Origin: Kiritimatiellia bacterium
GTDB taxonomy: Bacteria; Verrucomicrobiota; Kiritimatiellia; RFP12; JBMNHG01
Direction of reading: 5' to 3'
Assembly (NCBI GenBank): GCA_050950285.1
Contig: JBMNHG010000006.1
Coordinates: forward strand, 62,001-105,166
Length of the DNA: 43,166 nucleotides
Shown: positions 19,837 to 29,373 of the stretch, in pieces
Numbering within the stretch: position 1 is the first letter of the stretch
How the letters are laid out: every line of letters begins with the position of its first letter
Translations under genes and position numbers: made by a program
Notes under the pieces: generated by a model
The model's database searches: none
What the model was told of the DNA's origin: nothing
The model's input: only the letters and a program-made list of their open reading frames with translations

Positions 19837-22800
19837 ACCCGACCCTCGGACTGACCCGCCTCCCCCCGGAAATCCTGGACAAGCTCCAGGCGATGTCCCG
19901 GCGAGTGAACCGCATCCTGTGGATTCGCGGGCTTCTCGTCACCACCGCCGTGGCGCTGCTCTCCGCCCTTCTCGTGATGGCGGCGGACGCCACCATCGTG
20001 CTTCTCCATCCCTCCGCGAGATGGCTTCTGACCGGACTCGCCGTCGCCGCCGTTCTGGCCGCCGCCTGGTACGCGATCGCCCTTCCCTTGCGGAATCGGA
20101 TGACGCCCCGCCGCATGGCGCGCGTGCTCGAAACGCGCTATCCGGAGATGCAGGAACGCATCACCTCCGCCATCGAACTGCTCGGCCAGGGCGGGGACGC
20201 CGCCGCCCAAGGCTCCGCCCAGCTCCTCGCCCTGCTCGCCCAAGGAGCCCTCTCCGACGTGCGGGGCGTGAAGGCCCGCCGCGAGTTCGCGGGGCGCACC
20301 GCGCGTCCGGCGCTCGCCGCCGCCGCCCTCGCCGCCGCCGTCCTTGCCGTGCTCTTCGCCGTGTGGCCGACCCAGACGCGCCTGCTTCTCGCCCGAGCCG
20401 TCGCGCCGAACCTCGAGCTGCCGAACCTGCAGGCGATCGCGCTTCGCGTCGAGCCGGGTTCGGTCGCCTGTCTTCGCGGCGAGCCGCTCACCCTGCGCCT
20501 GCGGGCGCCGGGCGACACCGTCGATCCCGCCGAACTGCGCATCCTCCGGCCCGGCGTCCGCACCGAAACGGTGGAGCGCATGGCGAAGCGTTCTTCGGGG
20601 CCCGACGGCGTCGTCTACGAACTCACGCTGCCCGCCGTCGAAGGACCCTTCTCCTATCGTATGGTCTGCGGACGGGGCGTCACCCGCAGCTTTTCCGTCT
20701 CGATCGTCGATCCCCCCGCCGTGGAGACGTGCAGCGTTCGCCTGGAGCCTCCGGCCTACACCCGCCGCCCGGCCCTGGACCTTCCGTCCGGCCTTTCGGA
20801 CATCGATGGCATCGCCGGAACGCGGGTCGGCATCGAAGCCTCTTTCTCCGAGGCCTGCGATGCGCGGCTCGTGATCGGCGACATCGTCCTGCCGCCTTTG
20901 GAGACCGCTGGGGACGGGAGCGGAGGAACCGTCTCCGCCCGCTGGTCGTTCGTCCTTGGCGCCCATCATGCCGGTCCGTGGGGCGTCTCGCTCCGGAACG
21001 CCGCAGGGCACACCAACCGTGCCGACCGTGCCCGGATCCGCGTCGAAGGCGATGCCGCACCGGTCGTCACCCTCGTCGAGCCCCGCACGCCGGAGCTCCG
21101 CCTCCCGCCCCACGGCGCGATTCCGCTCGCCTATGAAGTCGTCGAAGACATCGGCCTGGCCTCCGCGAACCTGAACCTCCGCTTCGAGCCTTCGGGCAGG
21201 ATCCAGCGCAGCCCCCTCCCCCTCGAGCCCTCGCCCGGCGGCCCCCTCCGCGGGACAACCGGGATCGATCTGGCCTCGATGGATTTGAGCGGCGTGTCCA
21301 TGCTGCGCCTCTGGATCACCGCGCTCGACAACCTCCCCCGCGAACTCGGCGGACCGCAAAGCGCGACGAGCCGCGAAGTGGCCGTGATCCTCGATCGCCA
21401 GGCCGAGCGCCTCGAGGCGCAGCGGCATCGCCAGTCGCTCGACACGCTTCGGGCCTCGTTCGCGGATGCCGCCGCCAAACTCGAGTCGGCCGCCGCACGG
21501 ACCGACGCGATCCGCCCCCGCCTTGCGAATCCCGACGACGCCGATTCCGCGCTGGAGGATCTTCGGGCCGGCCCCCTGCGCGAGGCGTTGCGCGCCGAAC
21601 GGGAAATGCGGCGCGCCGTTGCCGCGCTGGACGATTTGCCGAAGCCCGCCGCGGACGCCTTGAAGAACGCCGTCGAAACGACGGTCCCGCCCGCCCGCCA
21701 GGCGCTGGAGGAGGTGCTGCTCGCTCCGGACGCCCAACGCGAGAAACTCGCCGGACAGGCCGCCGAAGCCCTCCGCGAAGCCGCCGCGAAGACGCGCGAA
21801 TGGATGGAACGCGCCGAGACCTACGGCGAGATGCAGTCCCAAGCCTATCGCATCGACGACCTCGCGCACCGGCAGCGGAAGGCCGCCGCAGACCTCGAGC
21901 GCGCCCCGGACGATCCGCTCGCACGGCAGGCCTTCGAGGAGGCCCAGCGCGAATTGGCCGAAGAACTCCCGAAGCTGGCCACGCCGGACGCCGAGTCCCG
22001 CAAGGAGGCGCTCGGCCAACTCGCGGACGACCTCCGCCAGCAGGCCACGTCCCTTCGCGGGCAGGCCGAAGAACAGCGCGCGAACACGGAACTGTCGCGT
22101 CGGCTCGCCCAGGAAGCCACCCGGGAACAGGCCGCCGATGAAATCCGGGAACGCTCCGCCCAAGCCCGCGCCGGGGATGCGAAGAAGGCGGAAGAAGCCG
22201 TGAAGGAACTTTCCGTTCCTGCCGGAACCATCGCCCGGGCCGCGGAACAGGCGGAAGAAGCCGCCCGCCTCGCGCTCGAGGCGGCGCGCCGCCAGGAAGA
22301 AGGCGCGGCGCGCAAGGCGCGCGACGCCTTCGAAAAGGCCCTCCGCGCCGCCGAGGCGTCCGCACAGGCCGCCCGCGAGGCTGTCGCCGGAGCCGAAGCC
22401 GCCGCGGAACGGGCCGGACGCAATTCTGTCCCGCACGCACGGGAGGTCGCCGAGGCCGTTGCCGAAGCCGCCGCCCAGGTGGAAGAGGCGGCCCGTCATA
22501 CCGCCGAAGCCAGGCGGCTCGCCGACGAAGCGGCGGCCAAACCCGCCGCGGAACGCCTCCCCTATCTCGAGGCCGCCACGGAGCGCGCCCGCGAAGCCGC
22601 ACGGGTGGCGCGGCTCGCCGCCGAAGCCGCCGAACGCGCCCGGAAGGAGCTGGAGCCCGTGGGCGACACCTATGAATTGCTCTACGCCGAGATGGGTTCT
22701 GAATCGCTTGAAATCGCCCGCGCCGCGGCACAGGCGGCCGCCATGGCGCGCCAGGCGGCCGAAATGGCCGCCGAGGCCGCAAAACTCCCGCAAGAGAATC

Positions 22801-25553
22801 CGGAAGCCGCCTTGGAGGCCGCGCGCGCCCTCCGCGAGCAGGCCGCCGAAGCCGCCTCGCAGGCCCGCGCGGCGGACGATGCCGCCCGGCAATTCGCCGA
22901 ACGGGCCGACGCCCTCCACGCGGCCGAGGCCGGGAGCCAGACGGAGCCCGCCCGCCAGGCCGCCGAAGCCGCCCTCGCCGCCGCCGACCAGGCGCGTCAC
23001 GTCGCCAATCTCCTGGACCCGCCGACGCCCGACTATTCGAATCTCGCGCAGGAAGAGTTCACGCGGCAGCTCGACGCCGCTTCACAGGCCGCCGCTTCGC
23101 AGGCCGGCCAGGCGGAGGATCGGGCGGACTCCGCGCTCGATGCCGCCCGCCAGATGGCCGGATCCCCTCCCGAACCCACGCCGGAACAACGTCTGGGAAG
23201 TCTGCAGGACCGTCTCCAGGACATCGCGGAAGAGGCGCGCCGCGACCTCGCCGCAACCGAAATCGCCGCACGGGCCCTGGACAACAGCCAGTCCCACCCT
23301 TCCACGGCCCAGGACATGCTGTGGCATGCGATGCAAGACGCCCAGGCCGCCATGGAGCAGCTCGAGGCGGACAATCCCGGCGAAGCCGCCGCCCGCCAGC
23401 AGTTGTCCGCCGAGCACTTCGAGGCGGCGGCCGCGCAAATGGAGCAGATGGCGGATCGGCTCGATGCGGCAACACCCGCGGATCCCGCCGATTCCATGCC
23501 GGGCGAGTCGCTCCTCGGCACGGAGGATGTCCTCGACATTGCTTCGGGCATGGCGGATGTCGAGCAGGCCTTGCGCGACCTCCGGGAACAGGGCCAAGCG
23601 TCGTCGCCCGAAGAGCGCAGGGAACGTGCGGAGGTCGCATCGGCCCGAACGGCCGGCGATGCCGCCGCGCTGGCTGCCGAGGCCGCCGAAACGGCGGCGG
23701 CCGCCGCCGGACAGGCCGAAGAGATGTTCGATCGCCTGGCCGAAGCCCGCGAAACCGAGGCTGCCGTCCAGCCCGCCGTCCAGGCCGCGCAGGCTGCGGC
23801 CGAAGCCGCCCGGGCGGTAGCGGAGGCCGCTCGGGCCCAAGCCTCCGCCCAGGCCGAGGAGCACGCCGCGGAGACGCACGCCGCGGCGGAAGAAAACGCC
23901 GCCGCCGCCGAAGCCGTGCAACAGGCGGCCGGAAAACTCATCGAACTGGCGCGTCAAATCGGCGGACAGGCGGAGCAGGCCTTGCAGGCGCAGGAAGAGA
24001 ACGTCGCGGAAGCCGTCCAAGCGCTCGCCGACCTTGCTCCGGACGCGGCCGAAGTTGGCGGGCAGGCCGTCCAGGCCGTCGAAGCGGCCCGACAGGCGGA
24101 TGCGGCGGCGGAAGCCACCGGAGACGGCGCGCTCGATGCGGCCGCCAACCAGACCGCCCAGGCCGCCGAAGCCGCGCTGCAGGCCGCGGAGAAGGCCGCC
24201 GAGGCGATGGATCGGGCACGGCAGGCCGCCGGAGCGGAAGCCCCCGCCGAACGCGTCGGACGTCTTCAGGAGGCTGCGGAACTCGCCGACGAAGCCCGGG
24301 AACTCGCCGAACAGGCCGCAGGCGAGTCCGAGCAGGCGCGCACCCGGGCCGCCGCCGCCGAGGAGGCCGCACGGATGGCCCGGGAGGCCGCCGGACAAGC
24401 CATTCTTCCGGCCGGACAAGCCGAGAGTCTCTATGAGGCCGCTCAGGCGGCGGTCGAGGCCGCCCGGGACGCCGTGACGGTGGCCGAAGCGTCCCCTCCG
24501 GAGCAGGCCGATGCGGACGCGTCCCGCGATCCGGCATCGGAAGCGCTGGACATGGCGCGCCAGGCCGCGGCCTTCGCGGAAGAGGCCGCGCAACGCCTCG
24601 CGGCCGCCAGGGATGCCGCCGCGAAGGCCGAGGCATCGCCGGACGATCCCGGCGCACAACGGGCTTCCGCGCTGCAGGCGCGGCAAGCCATCGAAACGTC
24701 GGCCATGGCCGAAAACCTCGCCCGCGAGGCCGAATCGATGGCGAAGCAAGCCGCTGAAAACGCCTGGCAGGAGACGCAGCGCCTGGCCCAGGCCGCCGCG
24801 GAAGAGGCCGCACGCTCCGCCGAGACGGCCCGTCACGCCGAGACCGCCGCCGACCAAGCCGCCACCGCGGCGCGGCAGGACGGTGCCACGCCATCCGAAG
24901 AGGCGCGCGAGATGCTGGCCCAGGCGAAGCAGGCCGCAACCCTCGCCAAAGAGGCCGCCGGACAGGTCCAAGGCGCGCTTCCCGACAACCCCTCCGCAGT
25001 GCGCGGGTTGGACGAGGCGGAGCGTCGGCAAGGACGCGAACAGGCAAAGCAGGCCGGCGAAACCGCGCGCCAAGCGGAACAGCTCGCCGGGAAGGCCGTC
25101 GAGACCGCGCAACGCCTGCAGGCGCATGCCGACGAAGCCTCCGGGAAGGCGGCGAAGCGCGCCGCCGATGCCGCCCGCAAGAACGCCGGGCGGCTGAACG
25201 AAGCCGCCCAAGGCGCCGCCCGCCAGGCTTTGGACGGCATGGAGACGCCCCCGCAGGACGCGGGCGATGCTTCGCAGGGGAAGGACGAGGACGATCCCTC
25301 GCAAGGCGGGAAGGCGGGGAACAAGCCCGTCGCCGCCGAGGAGATCGAACTGGAACTGGAGACCTTCATCCACGGATTCCCCGCCTCCGAATGGGCGAAG
25401 ATCAAGGGGATGCGTGGAAGCGCCGCCCTCGAGGAGATTCTGGCGCGCGTTCCGGCCGACTATCGCGAACTCGTGCGCCGCTACTTCCTGGTGCTCTCCG
25501 AAGAGGCCGTGAGGGAAGAGCTGGAGGCCGGACAAGGGACCCCCACGCCGTAG
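19833..25553 (+). CDS. Giant (1906 aa) DUF4175-like membrane protein with Ig-like domains and a very long Ala/Glu/Gln-rich coiled coil
   Basis: ATG 19833 overlaps the upstream TGA (ATGA). Three N-terminal TMs, beta-rich segment (PPAYT...EDIGL), roughly 1250 aa helical A/E/Q/R-rich region, conserved-type tail VPADYRELVRRYF. Confidence 0.78.
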   Translation: MNPTLGLTRLPPEILDKLQAMSRRVNRILWIRGLLVTTAVALLSALLVMAADATIVLLHPSARWLLTGLAVAAVLAAAWYAIALPLRNRMTPRRMARVLETRYPEMQERITSAIELLGQGGDAAAQGSAQLLALLAQGALSDVRGVKARREFAGRTARPALAAAALAAAVLAVLFAVWPTQTRLLLARAVAPNLELPNLQAIALRVEPGSVACLRGEPLTLRLRAPGDTVDPAELRILRPGVRTETVERMAKRSSGPDGVVYELTLPAVEGPFSYRMVCGRGVTRSFSVSIVDPPAVETCSVRLEPPAYTRRPALDLPSGLSDIDGIAGTRVGIEASFSEACDARLVIGDIVLPPLETAGDGSGGTVSARWSFVLGAHHAGPWGVSLRNAAGHTNRADRARIRVEGDAAPVVTLVEPRTPELRLPPHGAIPLAYEVVEDIGLASANLNLRFEPSGRIQRSPLPLEPSPGGPLRGTTGIDLASMDLSGVSMLRLWITALDNLPRELGGPQSATSREVAVILDRQAERLEAQRHRQSLDTLRASFADAAAKLESAAARTDAIRPRLANPDDADSALEDLRAGPLREALRAEREMRRAVAALDDLPKPAADALKNAVETTVPPARQALEEVLLAPDAQREKLAGQAAEALREAAAKTREWMERAETYGEMQSQAYRIDDLAHRQRKAAADLERAPDDPLARQAFEEAQRELAEELPKLATPDAESRKEALGQLADDLRQQATSLRGQAEEQRANTELSRRLAQEATREQAADEIRERSAQARAGDAKKAEEAVKELSVPAGTIARAAEQAEEAARLALEAARRQEEGAARKARDAFEKALRAAEASAQAAREAVAGAEAAAERAGRNSVPHAREVAEAVAEAAAQVEEAARHTAEARRLADEAAAKPAAERLPYLEAATERAREAARVARLAAEAAERARKELEPVGDTYELLYAEMGSESLEIARAAAQAAAMARQAAEMAAEAAKLPQENPEAALEAARALREQAAEAASQARAADDAARQFAERADALHAAEAGSQTEPARQAAEAALAAADQARHVANLLDPPTPDYSNLAQEEFTRQLDAASQAAASQAGQAEDRADSALDAARQMAGSPPEPTPEQRLGSLQDRLQDIAEEARRDLAATEIAARALDNSQSHPSTAQDMLWHAMQDAQAAMEQLEADNPGEAAARQQLSAEHFEAAAAQMEQMADRLDAATPADPADSMPGESLLGTEDVLDIASGMADVEQALRDLREQGQASSPEERRERAEVASARTAGDAAALAAEAAETAAAAAGQAEEMFDRLAEARETEAAVQPAVQAAQAAAEAARAVAEAARAQASAQAEEHAAETHAAAEENAAAAEAVQQAAGKLIELARQIGGQAEQALQAQEENVAEAVQALADLAPDAAEVGGQAVQAVEAARQADAAAEATGDGALDAAANQTAQAAEAALQAAEKAAEAMDRARQAAGAEAPAERVGRLQEAAELADEARELAEQAAGESEQARTRAAAAEEAARMAREAAGQAILPAGQAESLYEAAQAAVEAARDAVTVAEASPPEQADADASRDPASEALDMARQAAAFAEEAAQRLAAARDAAAKAEASPDDPGAQRASALQARQAIETSAMAENLAREAESMAKQAAENAWQETQRLAQAAAEEAARSAETARHAETAADQAATAARQDGATPSEEAREMLAQAKQAATLAKEAAGQVQGALPDNPSAVRGLDEAERRQGREQAKQAGETARQAEQLAGKAVETAQRLQAHADEASGKAAKRAADAARKNAGRLNEAAQGAARQALDGMETPPQDAGDASQGKDEDDPSQGGKAGNKPVAAEEIELELETFIHGFPASEWAKIKGMRGSAALEEILARVPADYRELVRRYFLVLSEEAVREELEAGQGTPTP

Positions 25554-25575
25554 CGGAGCGGCGGACGACCCAGCG

Positions 25576-27795
25576 CTACAGGATGTCCACGGCGTCGATG
25601 TCGATGGCGACGGAGACGTTCTTGGGCAGGCGGAGCGTCTCGAGGGCCCGGCGCAGGAGGCGGCCCGCCGCACCCGCCGCGGGGGCGCGCAGGATCACCT
25701 GATAGCGGAAGGCGTTCCTGGCGCGGGAAAGCGGGGCGGGGCCGGGTTCGGAAATCTTCATCCCGTCCGTGGCGAAACGGCGGCATGCCGCCGCCAGCGC
25801 CTGGCAGGCCTGCTCCACCGATGGCTCGTCCGGGCCCTTGAGGGTCACGCACGCCAGATGCGCGAAGGGGGGATAGAAGAGGTCGCGGCGGTCGACGAGT
25901 TCCGCGGATGCGAAGGCCGGGAAGTCCGCCGTTCGCGCGAGCGCCACGGCGGGGTGCGCGGGCGTGTAGGTCTGGATGATGACTTCGCCGGGGATGTCGC
26001 CGCGCCCCGCGCGACCCGAGACTTGCGTGAGCAATTGGAAGGTGCGCTCGCCGGCGCGGAAGTCGGGAAGGTGGAGCGAAGAGTCCGCCGAAACCACCCC
26101 CACGAGCGTCACGTTCGGGAAGTGAAGCCCCTTGGCGATCATCTGCGTGCCGATCAGAATGTCGGTCTTCCCCGTGCGGAAGGCGCCGAGGATCTCGTCG
26201 TGGCTGTGGCGGCGGCTGGTCACGTCCGCATCGATGCGATCGATCCGCGCGGAAGGGAAGCAGGTCCGGACGACGGATTCCAGGCGCTGCGTGCCGAAGC
26301 CGCTGTAGCGGATGGAGGGCGCTTCGCATTGCGGGCATACGGCGGGCGGGTGCTTCCAGGCGCCGCAAATGTGACAGCGCAGGCATTCGTCGGCGCGGTG
26401 GTAGGTGAAGGGCAGGCTGCAGGCGTCGCAGGTGGCGACATAGCCGCAGAGAGGGCACTGGAGCGACGTCGCGAAGCCGCGGCGGTTGAGGAAGAGGATC
26501 GCCTGTTCGCCGGCTTTCAGGCGGTCGTCCAGCGCCTGGAGGAGATCGTCGGAAAGGAGGCAGGCATGGCCCTTTTTGACCGTCTCGATGCGCATGTCCA
26601 CCACGCGCACGAGCGGCATGGGGTGGTCGTCGACGCGAGCCGAGATGACGGCCTTGCGGTACTTCCCGCGTTCCGCGTTCGCCCACGATTCGAGGGAGGG
26701 GGTGGCGGATCCAAGCAGCACGCCGCACCGTTCGAAATGCGCGCGCATGACCGCGACATCGCGGGCGTTGTAGCGGGGCGTCTCGTTCTGCTTGTACGAG
26801 GAGTCGTGTTCCTCGTCCACCACGATGAGCCCGAGGTTCTCGACAGGCGCGAACACGGCGGAGCGTGGGCCCACCACCACGCGGGCCTTCCCGGTGCGGA
26901 TGCGATGCCATTCGTCGTGGCGCTCGCCGTCGGAGAGGGCGGAGTGGAGCACGGCGACGCGGTCGCCGAAGCGCGATGCGAAGCGTTGGACGGTCTGCGG
27001 CGTGAGCGAAATCTCGGGCACGAGCACGATCGCGCCCCGGCCTTGCCCGAGCATGGCGGCGATGGCCTGGAGGTAGACTTCGGTCTTGCCGCTGCCGGTC
27101 ACTCCATGGAGGAGGACGGGGCGCGGCGCGGGGGAGGCGCATTCTTCGAGGAGGATGGCGAGGGCGCGCGATTGCTCGGGGGTGAGGTCGAGCGGGTGCG
27201 TTGGGACAAGCCGGCGGCGTGCCAGCGGATCCCGGCGGGATTCGCGCGGCCCGATGACCAGGTGTCCGGCTTCCGCGAGACGCTTCAGGGTGTCCGGAGC
27301 GCATCGGAACTCCTTGCACAGCGATTGAAGCCAGCCCCCGCCGACCCGTCGGACGTTGTCGAGCAACTCCTGCTGGCGCGCGCTCAACGGAGCTGGGGGA
27401 GCGGAGTCCCCTCCCCCGCTCGCTTCGGGGGGCTCCGCGAGGTCGACGAACAAGCGCTCGCGGGGTCTGGAACGCCCCTCCTGCACGGCGGCGGGGAGCA
27501 CGGCGCGGACGCAGCGTTCGATGGGCGCGATGTAGTACGAGGCAATCCAGCGGGCGAGTTTGAGCACGCCGGGAAGGAGGAAGGGGAGATCGCCCTCCAC
27601 GGAGAGAAGCGATTTCACCTGCGCGGGATCCACCGGGGTCGTCCCGGAGACGCCAATCACGTAGCCGGACGCGGTGCGGCGTCCGAAAGGGACCTTCACG
27701 CGGCATCCGGGAACAGCCGACTCGGCCAGCTCCGCCGGGATGGCGTAGTCGAAGGCTCGATCGAGCGAAACGTCCAGGACGACTTGCGCGAACAT
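25576..27795 (-). CDS. priA: Primosomal protein N' (replication-restart helicase)
   Basis: FDYAIP, GCRVKVPFG, HGVTGSGKTEVY, VPEISLTPQ, DEEH, LNRRGF, four CxxC pairs, GTQMIAKG, QVSGRAGR. Confidence 0.97.
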   Translation of the reverse strand: MFAQVVLDVSLDRAFDYAIPAELAESAVPGCRVKVPFGRRTASGYVIGVSGTTPVDPAQVKSLLSVEGDLPFLLPGVLKLARWIASYYIAPIERCVRAVLPAAVQEGRSRPRERLFVDLAEPPEASGGGDSAPPAPLSARQQELLDNVRRVGGGWLQSLCKEFRCAPDTLKRLAEAGHLVIGPRESRRDPLARRRLVPTHPLDLTPEQSRALAILLEECASPAPRPVLLHGVTGSGKTEVYLQAIAAMLGQGRGAIVLVPEISLTPQTVQRFASRFGDRVAVLHSALSDGERHDEWHRIRTGKARVVVGPRSAVFAPVENLGLIVVDEEHDSSYKQNETPRYNARDVAVMRAHFERCGVLLGSATPSLESWANAERGKYRKAVISARVDDHPMPLVRVVDMRIETVKKGHACLLSDDLLQALDDRLKAGEQAILFLNRRGFATSLQCPLCGYVATCDACSLPFTYHRADECLRCHICGAWKHPPAVCPQCEAPSIRYSGFGTQRLESVVRTCFPSARIDRIDADVTSRRHSHDEILGAFRTGKTDILIGTQMIAKGLHFPNVTLVGVVSADSSLHLPDFRAGERTFQLLTQVSGRAGRGDIPGEVIIQTYTPAHPAVALARTADFPAFASAELVDRRDLFYPPFAHLACVTLKGPDEPSVEQACQALAAACRRFATDGMKISEPGPAPLSRARNAFRYQVILRAPAAGAAGRLLRRALETLRLPKNVSVAIDIDAVDIL

Positions 27796-27816
27796 GGGAG
27801 GGCGAAGACGACGGGA

Positions 27817-28200
27817 TCAGAGGTTGTGGCGGTTCACGAAATAGACGGCTCCTCCCATGCAAAGAAGCGCCCAGAGGTAGTCCCAGTTCCATTTTTCGCC
27901 CATGTAAAGCATCAGGAAGGAGAGGAAGACGACGATGGTGACCCCCTCCTGGATGATTTTGAGCTGCGCCACCGAAAGGCCCGCAGAGGCGCCGATCCGG
28001 TTGGCGGGAACGGCGATGCTGTATTCGACCAGGGCAATCCCCCAACTCACGAGGATGACTTGGTAGAGGGGCATGCTGCCTCCCGGCCCTTTCGAACGCA
28101 GGTGCCAGTACCAGGCGAGCGTCATGAAAAAGTTGCTCGCGACGAGCATCGCCACGGTGAGCAGCGTCCCGATGGGCTTGGGAAGGATGGGCAAGGTCAT
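27817..28200 (-). CDS. DMT family small membrane protein (DUF486-like)
   Basis: SNFFMTLAWYWHL, SWGIALVEY...VPANRIG, QLKIIQE; four TM helices. Confidence 0.85.
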   Translation of the reverse strand: MTLPILPKPIGTLLTVAMLVASNFFMTLAWYWHLRSKGPGGSMPLYQVILVSWGIALVEYSIAVPANRIGASAGLSVAQLKIIQEGVTIVVFLSFLMLYMGEKWNWDYLWALLCMGGAVYFVNRHNL

Positions 28201-28204
28201 GGGG

Positions 28205-29092
28205 TTACCCGAGGAAGGCCTGGCGAAGGGCGGCGATGTGCGCAGGCGTGCTGCCGCAGCAACCCCCGATGAAGCGGACACCCGCCTCGCGGAAGGGCAG
28301 GCACTTCGGAGCCATCGATTCCGGTGTTTCGGGGAAGACGGTCTTCATGCCTTGGAGGATGGGAAGGCCGGCGTTCGGCATGGCGACCAAGGGGAAGTCG
28401 GCGGGAACGGCGGCGCGAATCTCGTTCACGACATTCACCATGTGCTCCGGTCCATTGCTGCAGTTGGTGCCCACGACGCACGCGCCGGCTTCGATGGCGG
28501 CCGGGGCGAAGTCCGCCGGACGCACGCCCATCATCGACGCGTAGCCCCCCTGGACAGTGGGCGAGAAGGTGAAGCTCGCCAGCACCGGAAGGCCGGCGGC
28601 GCGGCCGGCGCGGATGGCGAGGCAACACTCCTCGAGGATGGATTGCGTCTCGACAAGCAGCGCGTCGCATCCGCCCTCGGCAAGTGCCGCGGACTGCTCG
28701 AGAAACGCCTCGTACACTTCGTCTTCGGTCAAATCGCCGTAGGGCTCCATCATCTCGCCGGTGGGTCCGATGCACCCGAGCACAAGGCGGTCCGGTCCCG
28801 ACACGTCGCGGGCGATCGCGGCGGCGGCGCGATTGATTTCGGCCGTTTGGCCGGCCAGTCCAAAACGCGCGAGCTTGATCCGCGATGCACCGAAGGAATT
28901 CGTCTTCGCCGCCTGCGATCCGGCGTCGCGATAGCCGGCGAGGATCCCTCGCACGACGTCCGGATGGGACAGGTTCCACTCCTCGGGACAATCTCCCGGC
29001 TGGAGACCGGCCTCCTGAAGCTGGGTTCCAAAGGGTCCATCCGTGATGACCACCGCCCCGGATGCAAGGACGTTTTCAAAGAGAGAAGACAT
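28205..29092 (-). CDS. Stand-alone homocysteine S-methyltransferase domain protein
   Basis: ITDGPFGTQL, TNSFG, IGPTG, LLVET, Zn ligands GTNCS and IGGCCGSTPAHI. Confidence 0.92.
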   Translation of the reverse strand: MSSLFENVLASGAVVITDGPFGTQLQEAGLQPGDCPEEWNLSHPDVVRGILAGYRDAGSQAAKTNSFGASRIKLARFGLAGQTAEINRAAAAIARDVSGPDRLVLGCIGPTGEMMEPYGDLTEDEVYEAFLEQSAALAEGGCDALLVETQSILEECCLAIRAGRAAGLPVLASFTFSPTVQGGYASMMGVRPADFAPAAIEAGACVVGTNCSNGPEHMVNVVNEIRAAVPADFPLVAMPNAGLPILQGMKTVFPETPESMAPKCLPFREAGVRFIGGCCGSTPAHIAALRQAFLG

Positions 29093-29098
29093 GGATGA

Positions 29099-29127
29099 AA
29101 TGTAGCGGGTGATACGGGGAGAAACAA
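29099..29127 (-). promoter_or_regulatory. Sigma70-like promoter, likely leaderless transcript of the methyltransferase gene
   Basis: TTGTTT-N17-TACATT with 6 nt to the ATG and no SD sequence. Confidence 0.5.
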
Positions 29128-29373
29128 GGGAAAAGGCGATCGGGCCGGCCGTTCTCCATTGCACCTGCCGTTCCGTGAATGGATGGACACGGGAACGCCC
29201 CGGGCGTCGTGCTCGTGCAGTGTCACGGGCGTCAGGGCCCGGTTTGGGAATTCATCGCTCTGTTTGTACCGTGATGTCGGATTTCTCGACACACCCATCC
29301 GGATCGAAGACGAACACCGCTGTCCATCGAGCGCTTCCGCTATCGCGTTCGCAAACCGCAAAGCTCGACAATC

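Noticed and set aside
21390..25240. CRISPR-like or tandem DNA array in the GCCGCCGAA-rich region
   Set aside because: The periodicity comes from Ala/Glu codons in a coiled-coil CDS; there is no constant repeat-spacer structure.
29130..29370. Possible SAM or cobalamin riboswitch upstream of the homocysteine methyltransferase
   Set aside because: No aptamer core motifs seen, and the promoter appears to sit directly at the start codon.
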